Below are positions 19,106 to 27,733 of a stretch of DNA of 64,000 bases, piece after piece. The stretch covers positions 996,988-1,060,987 of the forward strand of contig NZ_JH719942.1 of assembly GCF_000275825.1 (NCBI RefSeq), written 5' to 3'. A program made the position numbers and the translations under genes. Origin of the DNA: Saprospira grandis DSM 2844 (GTDB taxonomy: Bacteria > Bacteroidota > Bacteroidia > Chitinophagales > Saprospiraceae). Below the pieces are notes generated by a model. It did no database searches, was not told the DNA's origin, and saw only the letters and a program-made list of their open reading frames with translations. Each line of letters starts with the position of its first letter. Within the stretch, counting starts at the first letter, position 1.

Positions 19106-20410
19106 ATGATGCACCGCCTCCTTTTGTGGATTCCTTATATATTTTGTTGTTTTTATTCTATGCTAAATAGGATTTGGGGCCTCCTGCCTTTGGCAGGCGC
19201 TATGTCCGGCAGCTCGCAAGTCTGCTCGGCCCTGCGGCCCTACGGGCCTAGGTCTGCGGCTGCGCCGCACTGCCTACCAGCGCTAGGCCCTGCCCGCCCT
19301 CGGCCCAATAGCGTCCTACAGGCGGCGATAGCCGCCGCAGGCCTAGGGATGGAAAGCGGTGGCCGCAGGCCAGACCGAGGCGGCTTTGCCGCCGAAGGGC
19401 CGAGCGAAGAGCGAGCCGCGACACAGCCCGCCGCCAAGGCCGCAGGCCTGCAGCGGAGGCCCCAACTCCTGCTGATTATTCTTGCCTTTTTGCTGCCGGT
19501 ACTGGCTTCGGCCCAAGCCAATATTCAGTTTTTGGTGGATAGTACAGAGCTGTTGATTGGGGACCAATTGACGGCTAGGATGCGGCTAGAAAGCCAAGAG
19601 GATGTGCTGGTCCGCCTGCCTAATCCTGCGGTATATTGGAGTAATGAGGCGCTAGAAGTGATTCGACTTTCGGATCAGTTGGAAGAAAGTAGCCCTGATG
19701 GGCTGAATAGTTTTGAGAAAAAGGTCACTTTTACCTTTTGGGATACGGGCCATTATCAGTTGCCTGATTTGCCTATTTTGTATCAGAAAGATGGGAAAAT
19801 AGATAGTCTTTGGTTGGAAGTGCCCATAATTCGGGTAAAGTTTCCGCCGGGTATTCGGGGCGATTCTAGTTATGTTGCGCCGATTAAGGACATAATGGAT
19901 GAGCCGCAGAATTTTATAGAAAAGCTGCTAGAATGGTTCTTCTTTTATCTGCCGATCATTGCGGTAGTTTTTCTCATTTTGTTTGCTGCTGTCTTGGGCT
20001 TTTTGGCCTATTTGCTCTATAAAAAAGCGCAGGCTAGAAGAACCTACAAAACGCCTGAAGAGCGGGCGCGTATAGCCCTAAAAAAGCTATTGGCCAAGGG
20101 CTATTTGGAGCGAGAAGAATGGGCGGAATTTCATACGGGCATCAGTTGGATTATCCGGAGTTATTTGCGGCTTCGTTTTAGAGTTCGGGCCTTAGAGGCC
20201 ACAAGCAGTCAGTTATTGGATCGGCTAAACTATGAGCAACTAGAGCAGAGTTTACTCTTAGAATTGAGAGAAGTACTAGAAACTGCGGATTTGGTTAAAT
20301 ATGCCAAGGCTTCGCCTTTGCCTGCGGCCAATGATTTTTCTTTGAAATTTATTCATAAAATGTTGGAATATGTAGAGCGGCAGGAAGCCCTCCGCAATAG
20401 TTCAAATTAA
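19106..20410 (+). CDS. Bat-operon membrane protein (signal peptide, one TM helix, coiled C-terminus); start codon unresolved
   Basis: The ORF as drawn starts at ATG 19106, but codons ~25-115 are REP-element sequence. The convincing protein begins LQRRPQLLLIILAFLLPVLASAQA at ~19451 with no in-frame ATG after the repeat. Alternative starts are ATG 19349 inside the repeat or a non-ATG codon. Position between DUF58 and batA is conserved in Bat operons. Confidence 0.55.
   Translation: MMHRLLLWIPYIFCCFYSMLNRIWGLLPLAGAMSGSSQVCSALRPYGPRSAAAPHCLPALGPARPRPNSVLQAAIAAAGLGMESGGRRPDRGGFAAEGPSEERAATQPAAKAAGLQRRPQLLLIILAFLLPVLASAQANIQFLVDSTELLIGDQLTARMRLESQEDVLVRLPNPAVYWSNEALEVIRLSDQLEESSPDGLNSFEKKVTFTFWDTGHYQLPDLPILYQKDGKIDSLWLEVPIIRVKFPPGIRGDSSYVAPIKDIMDEPQNFIEKLLEWFFFYLPIIAVVFLILFAAVLGFLAYLLYKKAQARRTYKTPEERARIALKKLLAKGYLEREEWAEFHTGISWIIRSYLRLRFRVRALEATSSQLLDRLNYEQLEQSLLLELREVLETADLVKYAKASPLPAANDFSLKFIHKMLEYVERQEALRNSSN
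19172..19465. repeat. REP/MITE-like composite element (left arm plus inverted right arm)
   Basis: ggggcctcctgcctttggcaggcgctatgtccggcagctcgcaagtctgctcggccctgcgg … gggccgagcgaagagcgagccgcgacacagcc … ggaggcccc. Sits inside the 5' end of the next ORF. Confidence 0.8.
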
Positions 20411-20418
20411 GCAAAAGC

Positions 20419-21420
20419 ATGTCCGGTCTTTCATCTATTATATTTGCACAAGCTTGGGTCTTGCTTCTTTTGCCCTTACTGCCTTTGTTTTGGTATTGGC
20501 GGAAGCGGAGTTCCTATTATGCTGACTTAGAGTTATCTTCTACGGCGGGTTTGGGTTCGGCGCAGAGTTGGCGAAGTCGTTTGCGGCCTATATTGCCTTG
20601 GTTGCAGCTTTTGGTTTTGGGGAGTTTGATTTTGGCCTTGGCACGTCCGCAAAAGGTCTTGGTCAAGGAAAACATCAAGGCGGATGGCATTGACATTGTG
20701 GTGGCCTTAGATGTATCGAGTAGTATGTTGGCTCGGGACTTTAAGGAAGACCGTTTGGATGCTTCTAAGCGGGTGGTGCAGAGCTTTGTTGATCAGCGGC
20801 CCTACGATCGTTTGGGCCTAGTGCTTTTTGCGGGCCGCAGCTATACGCAATGTCCGTTAACGACAGATCATAGCATGCTCAAGCAGCTCATTAGCCGGGT
20901 AGAATGTGGCTTAATTGATGAGGGGACCGCCATTGGGATGGGCTTGGCCAATGCGGTTCGGCGTTTACAGAAGAGCCAGGTTAAAAGCAAAGTCATTATC
21001 TTATTGACCGATGGGGTAAATAACTCGGGGCGGATTCCGCCTTTGGTGGCTGTAGAAGCGGCCAAAAAGCTGGGGATAAAGGTCTATACGATTGGTGTAG
21101 GGACCAGAGGGCGGGCCTTGGCGCCCATTTACCGCAAGGCCAATGGCAGCTTTGTGTTTAGCCCCACCGAGGTAGAAATTGACGAAAAGCTTTTGCAGCA
21201 GATTGCCGAAAGCACCAGTGGGCTTTATTTTCGGGCCACAGATGAAAAAAGCCTAGAGAAAATTTATGCTCAGATTGACAAATTGGAGCGCTCAAAAATT
21301 GAGAAAGAAACCTTTGTTCGTCATCGGGAACTGTATCAGTACTTTCTATTTTTAGCCCTGAGTTTACTGCTCCTCCATCTTATTCTTCAACAAACGGTAT
21401 TGCGTAGCATCGTCCAATAG
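20419..21420 (+). CDS. batA: BatA-like vWA-domain membrane protein
   Basis: N-terminal TM helices followed by a vWA MIDAS motif DIVVALDVSSSMLARDF…LLTDGVNN. Confidence 0.8.
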   Translation: MSGLSSIIFAQAWVLLLLPLLPLFWYWRKRSSYYADLELSSTAGLGSAQSWRSRLRPILPWLQLLVLGSLILALARPQKVLVKENIKADGIDIVVALDVSSSMLARDFKEDRLDASKRVVQSFVDQRPYDRLGLVLFAGRSYTQCPLTTDHSMLKQLISRVECGLIDEGTAIGMGLANAVRRLQKSQVKSKVIILLTDGVNNSGRIPPLVAVEAAKKLGIKVYTIGVGTRGRALAPIYRKANGSFVFSPTEVEIDEKLLQQIAESTSGLYFRATDEKSLEKIYAQIDKLERSKIEKETFVRHRELYQYFLFLALSLLLLHLILQQTVLRSIVQ

Positions 21421-21429
21421 TCTTTTATT

Positions 21430-22440
21430 ATGCAGTTTGAATCACCCAGTTTGCTGGCCCTACTAGTCTGCATTCCCCTAATTATTATATTATTTATTAG
21501 GGCGCAGCGGCTCAATGCCCAAATTCGAGCTCGTTTTGGCAGTTGGACAGCCTTTCAGCGGATGATCCCTGCTTTTGCTCCTGGCCGCAACAAGCTCAAG
21601 TTTGTGCTTTCTACCTTGGCTCTTTCGCTAATGATTTTGGCTTGGGCCAATCCGAGGATGGGCAGTCGTAGCCGCAAAGTAGAGCGTGCTGGGGTAGATG
21701 TTTATCTGGCCCTTGATTTATCGAGGAGTATGTGGGCCAAAGATGTGCAGCCTAGGGGTATGGATCGTTTGGAGAAGGCCCGTTTATTTAGTTTAGATTT
21801 GCTTCAGGGTTTGGCCAATAATCGGGTGGGGCTTATCTTCTTTGCGGGAGAGGCTTTTTTGCAAATGCCGCTTACTTTGGACCATAGTTCGGCCCAGGTA
21901 TTTCTTTACAATGGCTTAGAAGAAGTAGAGCTTATTCAAGGGAGTACGCCCGAGAAAGTCTTGGAGCTGGTCCAAAAATCAGAAATACAGCCAGATGGCA
22001 AGCAGCATCAAAAAGCGGTTATTTTTGTTAGTGATGGAGAAGAACACAATCCTAAAACCTTAGAAGCGGCCAAAGCCGCCCGCAAAAATGGCGTATTTAG
22101 TTATACGATTAGTGTGGGCTCTAGCCAAGGGGCCAAAATTCCTCTGCAAAGAGAAAATGAACTGGGTTTTCATAGAGATAAGCGAGGAGAAGAAGTAGTG
22201 ACCGCTACCAACAAAAAGATGTTGGCCGAATTGGCCAAGGTAGGAGGTGGCCGCGCCTTTGATATTGACCAAGGGAAAAATATCTTGCCCGCCTTGCTCA
22301 AAGACTTTAAGAAATTGGAGCAACAAGAGTTTGATGAATTGCAATATGACGATTTTGACAGCTACTATCAGTATTTGTTGGCCCCTGCCCTGTTCCTGCT
22401 CCTCTTTGAGTTTTTTCTGGCCTACCGCAAAAAATCATAA
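21430..22440 (+). CDS. batB: BatB-like vWA-domain membrane protein
   Basis: DVYLALDLSRSMWAKDVQP MIDAS motif, VFVSDGEEH, C-terminal TM. Confidence 0.8.
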   Translation: MQFESPSLLALLVCIPLIIILFIRAQRLNAQIRARFGSWTAFQRMIPAFAPGRNKLKFVLSTLALSLMILAWANPRMGSRSRKVERAGVDVYLALDLSRSMWAKDVQPRGMDRLEKARLFSLDLLQGLANNRVGLIFFAGEAFLQMPLTLDHSSAQVFLYNGLEEVELIQGSTPEKVLELVQKSEIQPDGKQHQKAVIFVSDGEEHNPKTLEAAKAARKNGVFSYTISVGSSQGAKIPLQRENELGFHRDKRGEEVVTATNKKMLAELAKVGGGRAFDIDQGKNILPALLKDFKKLEQQEFDELQYDDFDSYYQYLLAPALFLLLFEFFLAYRKKS

Positions 22441-22443
22441 GCG

Positions 22444-23061
22444 ATGAGAGTAATTATTTTTCTGCTTTTTGCGCTCCCTTTGGGGCTATTGGCCCAAGAA
22501 CCTTCTCGGAAGAACTTGATTGAAGGCAATAAGCACTATCGGTTGGGCGAAAAAGAAAAAGCAGGGCAAAGTTATCAGAAAGCCCTGCAAACCGATGAAA
22601 ACAACAGCAAAGCCTGGTACAATCTGGGCAATGTCTTTTATCAGGCAGAAAATTATGAAGAGGCAGAACAACACTATAAAGAAGCCCTTCAGAAAGCAGA
22701 CAACCCCGAGCTAGAAGCTCGGGCCTACCATAACCTAGGAAACATCTACGCCAAAGAGAAAAAACTCAAAGAGGCTGTAGAAGCCTATAAGAATGCCCTG
22801 CGTATTCGGCCCAAAGATGTAGAAACCAAGCATAACTTGGCCCAGGTTCTCCGAACAATTAAGCAGCAGCAACCGCCGCCCCCTAAACCCAAGAATGACA
22901 ATAAAAAGGAGGAGGAACAACAAGAACCTCCGCCCTCCGATGAAATGTCTAAGGATGAAGTAGAACGCATGATGGACATGATTGAGGAGGAAGATAAAGA
23001 GACTCAAAAGAAAAAGAAGAAGCTTCCTAAAAATCGCCAAAATCCAGAAAAAGACTGGTAA
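22444..23061 (+). CDS. batC: BatC-like TPR-repeat protein with a lysine/glutamate-rich tail
   Basis: TPR repeats AWYNLGNVFYQAENYEEAEQHYKEAL and AYHNLGNIYAKEKKLKEAVEAYKNAL. Low-complexity KKEEEQQEPPP tail. Confidence 0.8.
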   Translation: MRVIIFLLFALPLGLLAQEPSRKNLIEGNKHYRLGEKEKAGQSYQKALQTDENNSKAWYNLGNVFYQAENYEEAEQHYKEALQKADNPELEARAYHNLGNIYAKEKKLKEAVEAYKNALRIRPKDVETKHNLAQVLRTIKQQQPPPPKPKNDNKKEEEQQEPPPSDEMSKDEVERMMDMIEEEDKETQKKKKKLPKNRQNPEKDW

Positions 23062-23083
23062 GCAAATTGTATTTATAATGAGC

Positions 23084-23126
23084 GGAAGGAAGCAGGGCTT
23101 CCTTCCACCTTTTATTCTTCATTTTT
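23084..23126 (+). terminator. Intra-operon hairpin / attenuator candidate between batC and the first batD-like gene
   Basis: ggaaggaagc-agg-gcttccttcc is a perfect 10-bp stem with a 3-nt loop, followed by accttttattcttcattttt. Confidence 0.5.
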
Positions 23127-23141
23127 AAATTCAACTGCATT

Positions 23142-23864
23142 ATGAAAACGCTTTTTAGTACTTTGATGGGACTCTTTTTTGCGCTTGGCCTAGGGGCCCA
23201 GTCGCCCACTATCTCACTAGAGGTTCCTTATGATACCGTAGGAACTCAAGATGTTTTTCAATTGCACTACCATATTGAGCATGCAGAGCAAGTAGAGTTC
23301 AAACAGCCCGATTTTATTGACTTTGAGGTAGTGGGGACCGCTAGCAACAGCCAAACCTCTATTATTAATGGGCAAAAGACTAGCAAAAAAACCTATAGCT
23401 TTAGCCTAAAGCCACGTTATGCGGGTTATTTGGCCCTACCTGCGGCTACGGCCTATATTGATGGGCAGAACTATAGCAGCCCCAATGGGTCTGTCTTTGT
23501 GGTAGAAGGAGCACTAAGAGGCAACAGCAAAGGAAATATTTTTGGCAATTCTCCCTTTTCTAATGACTCGCCTTTTGGCCAAGGCTTTAATATGCAACCC
23601 GATAATTTCAACTTTGATATGGAAGGCTTTGACGATTTGAGCGATGGCCGCATACAAGAACTAATGCAAAAACAAGAGGAACTCATGCAACGTTATTTGC
23701 AAAACCCCGATTCTCTGCTCAAACAACTAGATCCACAACTTAGAAATATGGACCAAGAATTTGAGGAGCTTTTTCGCCAAATGGAAGACCAGTTTCCCGG
23801 TTTGCTTGGACCAGATGCCCCCAAAAAGAAACAACCCAAAGAGCAAAAAACCTATCGGCTTTAA
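23142..23864 (+). CDS. Short BatD-like secreted protein (BatD N-domain paralog)
   Basis: Signal peptide. ISLEVPYDTVGTQDVFQLHYHIEHAE…FSLKPRYAGYLALPAATAYIDGQNYSSPNGSVFVVEG parallels the N-terminal domain of the downstream full-length BatD. Acidic low-complexity C-terminus. Confidence 0.55.
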   Translation: MKTLFSTLMGLFFALGLGAQSPTISLEVPYDTVGTQDVFQLHYHIEHAEQVEFKQPDFIDFEVVGTASNSQTSIINGQKTSKKTYSFSLKPRYAGYLALPAATAYIDGQNYSSPNGSVFVVEGALRGNSKGNIFGNSPFSNDSPFGQGFNMQPDNFNFDMEGFDDLSDGRIQELMQKQEELMQRYLQNPDSLLKQLDPQLRNMDQEFEELFRQMEDQFPGLLGPDAPKKKQPKEQKTYRL

Positions 23865-23879
23865 GGAAAGCAGCCAAGC

Positions 23880-24046
23880 GCAACTTGGCCTAGCGATGTG
23901 GAAGGGTGGCCGAAGGCCAGACCGAGGCAGCAAAGCTGCCGAAGGGCCGAGCAGACCTGCGAGCCCTGAAACGACAACAAGGCCGTTAGGCCGCAGTTCG
24001 ACGACCGAAGGGAGTAACCGCCTGCCGAAGGCAGGAGGCCCCAAAT
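23880..24046. repeat. REP/MITE-like element
   Basis: ggcctagcgatgtggaagggtggccgaaggccagaccgagg … gggccgagcagacctgcgagccc … gcaggaggccccaaa. Confidence 0.8.
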
Positions 24047-24086
24047 AAATAGATAAGTCAACAACTACCAGATTAAAACTACCGTT

Positions 24087-25838
24087 TTGAAAAGCTACCA
24101 GCTAAGTCTACTTCTCCTTAGTTTTTGGGCCATGAGCAGCAGCTTGTTGGCCCAAAAAATCGCTTTTGTAGCCGACTGCAACGCCTCTAAGGTGGTGCTA
24201 GGCAATGCCTTCAGACTCTCTTTTCGTTTAGAAAATGCCGAAATTAAGAAGATTCGATTTCCAGATTTTGAAGCCCAAGGCTTTCAAATTGTGGAGGGGC
24301 CTGTCAATGAGAGCCGATACACCAATATTAACGGCAACCGCTATACCTTTGAGGCCTATACCTTTAGTTTGGCCCCCAATAATGAGGGCAACTATACGAT
24401 TGGTCCCGCAGAAGTGACCACCTATGGCGGTAAGGTCCTGAAGACCATGCCCGTTAAGATTAAGTGCGTGGCCCCAAGTACTAGCAATGTACAAAGCCTA
24501 AATGACCACAACCTGCCCCCAGAATTGGCCGGAAAAGTGCTTTTTCGCCTCGAATGTGAACATAAAGAAGCCGTGGTGGGCGAACAAATTCGGCTCAATT
24601 ATAAGGTCTATACCCAAATTGACATTTCTAATATTGAGCTGGTCAAGGAACCCGAATTTCCTAAAATGTATACCAAAGAATATCGCTTCTTTGACAAAGA
24701 TCCTCGGGTAGAGGTTATCAATGGCCAACAATATGCCACGAAAATCATCTACTCCATGGGCGTTTTTCCGAGCAAAAATGGCGAACTGACCATTCCCCCC
24801 GCCGAAATCTTAATTAGTGTGGGCCGACAAGATCCCCGCAACCCTTTTGCCAGCCGCAGCCTCAAACAATACCCCCTGCTCAGCCTGCCCAAAACAATTC
24901 CCGTTCGCTCGCTTTCTGGCCAAGATAAAGATTATACGGGGGCCGTGGGCGAATACGAGATGGAGCTCTATCTGGAAAAAGATGAAATTACAACCGATGA
25001 AGCCCTAGAACTGGTGATGCGTATTCGGGGCCTAGGCGATATTAAACCCATCACGGCTCCTCCCCTCCATTTTAAGGAGGGCAGCTTCAAGATTTTGGAG
25101 GTTGAGCAAAAAGAAGATATCCGAGAAGGCGGCCAAGGCATTGGCGGCGAAAAAACCTTTAGCTATAAAATTGACCCGCAAGAAGTGGGTAATTTGAGCT
25201 TGCAAGCCAGCTTTGTCTACTTTGATGTACGCGACCGAAAAATGCTCCGCATAGATAGCAGTCTAGCAATTAAGGTAACACAAGGCAAACGCATCCTGAA
25301 CCAAGAGGTAGCCGAAAAAGCCGTAGATAGCAGCCAGGTACTAAGCATGCAAGCCGCCCTAAAATCAGCTAGTTGGCGGCCAATACCCCAGCCATTTTTT
25401 GGTACTTATCGCTTTTATCTGCTCAGTTTATTGCCCCTTTTGGCCTTTGGCGGAGGCTACTTGCTCCTTTTGGGCCAAAAGAAAAGCCAAGCGCTCAAAG
25501 AAAAACAAGCCCTAAAAAATGCCCCTTACCGACATGCGCAGGAGCAACTTCAACTAGCCAAAACAGCCCTAAAAACAGATACTGTAGGCGATTTCTATCG
25601 GGCCATTGAAGAGGCCCTAAAAGGCTATATCGGCCTGCAAATGGATATCCCTTTAGCAGAACGAAGCAAAGAACGCCTGCAAGCGCTTTTGCCCGAAAAA
25701 GAAGCGCAGGAACTAGGCGAAATCCTTGAGCATTGCGAACAAGCCCTCTTTGCTGGCCAATCTCCCCATAAAACCATGGAAGAACAACTCAAACATAGCC
25801 AAAAGCTTATTAAACAACTCGAAAAACGCCTCGCCTAA
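24087..25838 (+). CDS. batD: BatD-like oxygen-tolerance protein (full length, C-terminal TM anchor)
   Basis: Signal peptide. Repeated Ig-like BatD domains (FRLSFRLENAEI…YTFEAYTFSLAPNNEGNYTIGPAEVTTYGGKVLKTMPVKIKCV). Hydrophobic helix YRFYLLSLLPLLAFGGGYLLLL near the C-terminus. Confidence 0.75.
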   Translation: MKSYQLSLLLLSFWAMSSSLLAQKIAFVADCNASKVVLGNAFRLSFRLENAEIKKIRFPDFEAQGFQIVEGPVNESRYTNINGNRYTFEAYTFSLAPNNEGNYTIGPAEVTTYGGKVLKTMPVKIKCVAPSTSNVQSLNDHNLPPELAGKVLFRLECEHKEAVVGEQIRLNYKVYTQIDISNIELVKEPEFPKMYTKEYRFFDKDPRVEVINGQQYATKIIYSMGVFPSKNGELTIPPAEILISVGRQDPRNPFASRSLKQYPLLSLPKTIPVRSLSGQDKDYTGAVGEYEMELYLEKDEITTDEALELVMRIRGLGDIKPITAPPLHFKEGSFKILEVEQKEDIREGGQGIGGEKTFSYKIDPQEVGNLSLQASFVYFDVRDRKMLRIDSSLAIKVTQGKRILNQEVAEKAVDSSQVLSMQAALKSASWRPIPQPFFGTYRFYLLSLLPLLAFGGGYLLLLGQKKSQALKEKQALKNAPYRHAQEQLQLAKTALKTDTVGDFYRAIEEALKGYIGLQMDIPLAERSKERLQALLPEKEAQELGEILEHCEQALFAGQSPHKTMEEQLKHSQKLIKQLEKRLA

Positions 25839-26602
25839 TGCTACGCCTTTTTAGCCTCATTTTGCTCCTCGCCGTAGCAGCCCCAAGCTGGGCCCAACTG
25901 CCCGACAGCTTGGCCAAACAGTTTGCTATTGGCTATGCCCATTATGAAAAAGGAGATTACGAAAAAGCCCTTTCTGCATACCAAAAAGCAGCCTTGACAG
26001 GCTATTGCTCTGCCGAATTGCAAAATAATTTGGGGCTGACCTACGAAAAATTAGGCCAATATGGCCCCGCCGTCCTCGCCTTTGAACGCGCCCTCTTTTG
26101 CCAACCCCAATTTGCCGCCGCTCAAGACAACCTTAAGGCCATTTCCAGCAAATTAAGCCGTCCCAAAGCTCAAGAAAAAGCCGGTTTTATCTTCCAAACC
26201 TGGGACAATATGGCCGCTGGCCTCGGTAGCCATTTCTGGGCCTATAGCTTCCTGTTTTTCCTCTTTTTGGCCGCCGGTAGCCTCGCCTATTTTCTCTTTT
26301 TTTCAAAAAAACAAGGCAAAACTTGGCTGCTCATCCCCCTCAGCCTGCTGCTCGCTTTCTTTAGCTTTATGCTCAGCCGAAGAGCCAATTACCTGCAATT
26401 TAATCGCCAATGGGCCGTCGTCATGAGCCCAGAAGCCGCCATCCTAGACCAACCCTCTATCCAAGGCAAAGAAGTAGAACTGGTCGGCAGCGGAAATAAA
26501 GCCCTAATTCTAGAAGAAAAAGAAGATTGGTATTATGTTCGCTTGCCCAATGCCGTACAAGGCTGGATATCGGCCAAATTACTAGAAAAAGTACGCTCCT
26601 AA
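25838..26602 (+). CDS. batE: BatE-like protein (TPR N-domain, TM segments, C-terminal SH3b domain)
   Basis: TPR YAHYEKGDYEKALSAYQKA. Two TM helices. C-terminal SH3-like DWYYVRLPNAVQGWISAKLLEKV. Start overlaps the batD stop (ATGA-style coupling). Confidence 0.7.
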   Translation: MLRLFSLILLLAVAAPSWAQLPDSLAKQFAIGYAHYEKGDYEKALSAYQKAALTGYCSAELQNNLGLTYEKLGQYGPAVLAFERALFCQPQFAAAQDNLKAISSKLSRPKAQEKAGFIFQTWDNMAAGLGSHFWAYSFLFFLFLAAGSLAYFLFFSKKQGKTWLLIPLSLLLAFFSFMLSRRANYLQFNRQWAVVMSPEAAILDQPSIQGKEVELVGSGNKALILEEKEDWYYVRLPNAVQGWISAKLLEKVRS

Positions 26603-26603
26603 T

Positions 26604-26840
26604 TTGGGGCCTCCGCTGAATATAATGTGGCGGCGGTTACTCCCTTCAGTCGTCGAACTGTGCCCTAAAGGGCTTGTTGTCGTTCTGGGGCTCGCTGATT
26701 TTTTTGGGGCCTCCGCAGCAAAGCTGCGGCGCTACGTTCCGGGGCTCGCTATTCGCTCGGCCCTGCGGCAGCAAAGCTGCCTCGGTCTGGCCTTCGGCCA
26801 CCCCTACACATCGCTAGGCCTGCGGCGCTCCGCGCCTGCA
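26604..26840. repeat. REP/MITE-like element
   Basis: ggggcctccgctg … ggggctcgctgatttttttggggcctccgcagcaaagctgcgg … ggggctcgctattcgctcggccctgcgg … ggccacccctacacatcgctaggcc. Confidence 0.8.
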
Positions 26841-26878
26841 TAACGCAAAATATAAGACCTCTTAAAATACTTATTATC

Positions 26879-27607
26879 ATGAAAAACATCTTTTCTCTAA
26901 GCCTCATGGCTGTCCTCATTCTCTTTAGCTTTAGTAGCTGCGATAGCCTACAATCTGCCATAGATGAGGCCTCAAAACTCAATGGCGGAACCGCCGCCCT
27001 TACCCAAGCCCAAATTGGCGAAGGACTCAAGCAAGCCCTCAAGCAAGGGGTCAGCAAAGGAGCCAGCCAACTGGCCGCCCGAGATGGGTTTTTTAAAAAT
27101 CCTTCGGTCAAAATCCTCTTTCCCGATGAAGCCAAACAAGTAGAAAGCCGCCTCCGTGCCCTTGGCGCTGGCAACCTTGTCGATGATGCCATCGAAAAAC
27201 TAAACCGCTCGGCAGAAGATGCCTCCAAATCAGCTAAAGACATCTTTGTTAAAGCCATTACCCAAATGACTATCCAAGATGCTACCAATATCCTGATGGG
27301 CAACAAAGATGCTTGTACTAGCTACCTCAAAAAAACCACCTCCACCCAATTGTACCAAAGCTTTCAGCCTGTGATCAAAAATTCATTGAATAAAACAGGC
27401 GCCCTAACCGCCTGGAATAATGTGATCACTCGCTACAATAAAATTCCACTGGTCCAAAAAGTAAACCCCGATCTAGATGATCATGTCACCAACAAAGCTA
27501 TGGATGGCCTATTCCAAATGGTCGAAAAAGAAGAGGCAAATATTCGCAGCAATCCAGTATCTCGCGCTACCGACCTTATGAAAAAAGTCTTTGCCAAACA
27601 AGATTAG
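26879..27607 (+). CDS. DUF4197-like lipoprotein
   Basis: Lipoprotein signal MKNIFSLSLMAVLILFSFSSC. ~240-aa all-helical protein, ALKQGVSKGASQLAARDGFFKNPSVKILFPDE, a pattern I recall for the DUF4197 family. Family assignment from memory. Confidence 0.5.
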   Translation: MKNIFSLSLMAVLILFSFSSCDSLQSAIDEASKLNGGTAALTQAQIGEGLKQALKQGVSKGASQLAARDGFFKNPSVKILFPDEAKQVESRLRALGAGNLVDDAIEKLNRSAEDASKSAKDIFVKAITQMTIQDATNILMGNKDACTSYLKKTTSTQLYQSFQPVIKNSLNKTGALTAWNNVITRYNKIPLVQKVNPDLDDHVTNKAMDGLFQMVEKEEANIRSNPVSRATDLMKKVFAKQD

Positions 27608-27643
27608 TAGCCTTTTTAAGTAGTACTTACGTTAGTAAAAAGA

Positions 27644-27677
27644 GAAGTCAGTTGATCCTCAACTGACTTCTTTTTTT
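27644..27677 (+). terminator. Rho-independent terminator
   Basis: gaagtcagtt-gatcctc-aactgacttc is a perfect 10-bp stem followed by T7. Confidence 0.7.
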
Positions 27678-27733
27678 GTTACTTTTGAGCCCCTCAGACC
27701 AAAACAGTCTACCCTAGCCTAAAAATATAATTT

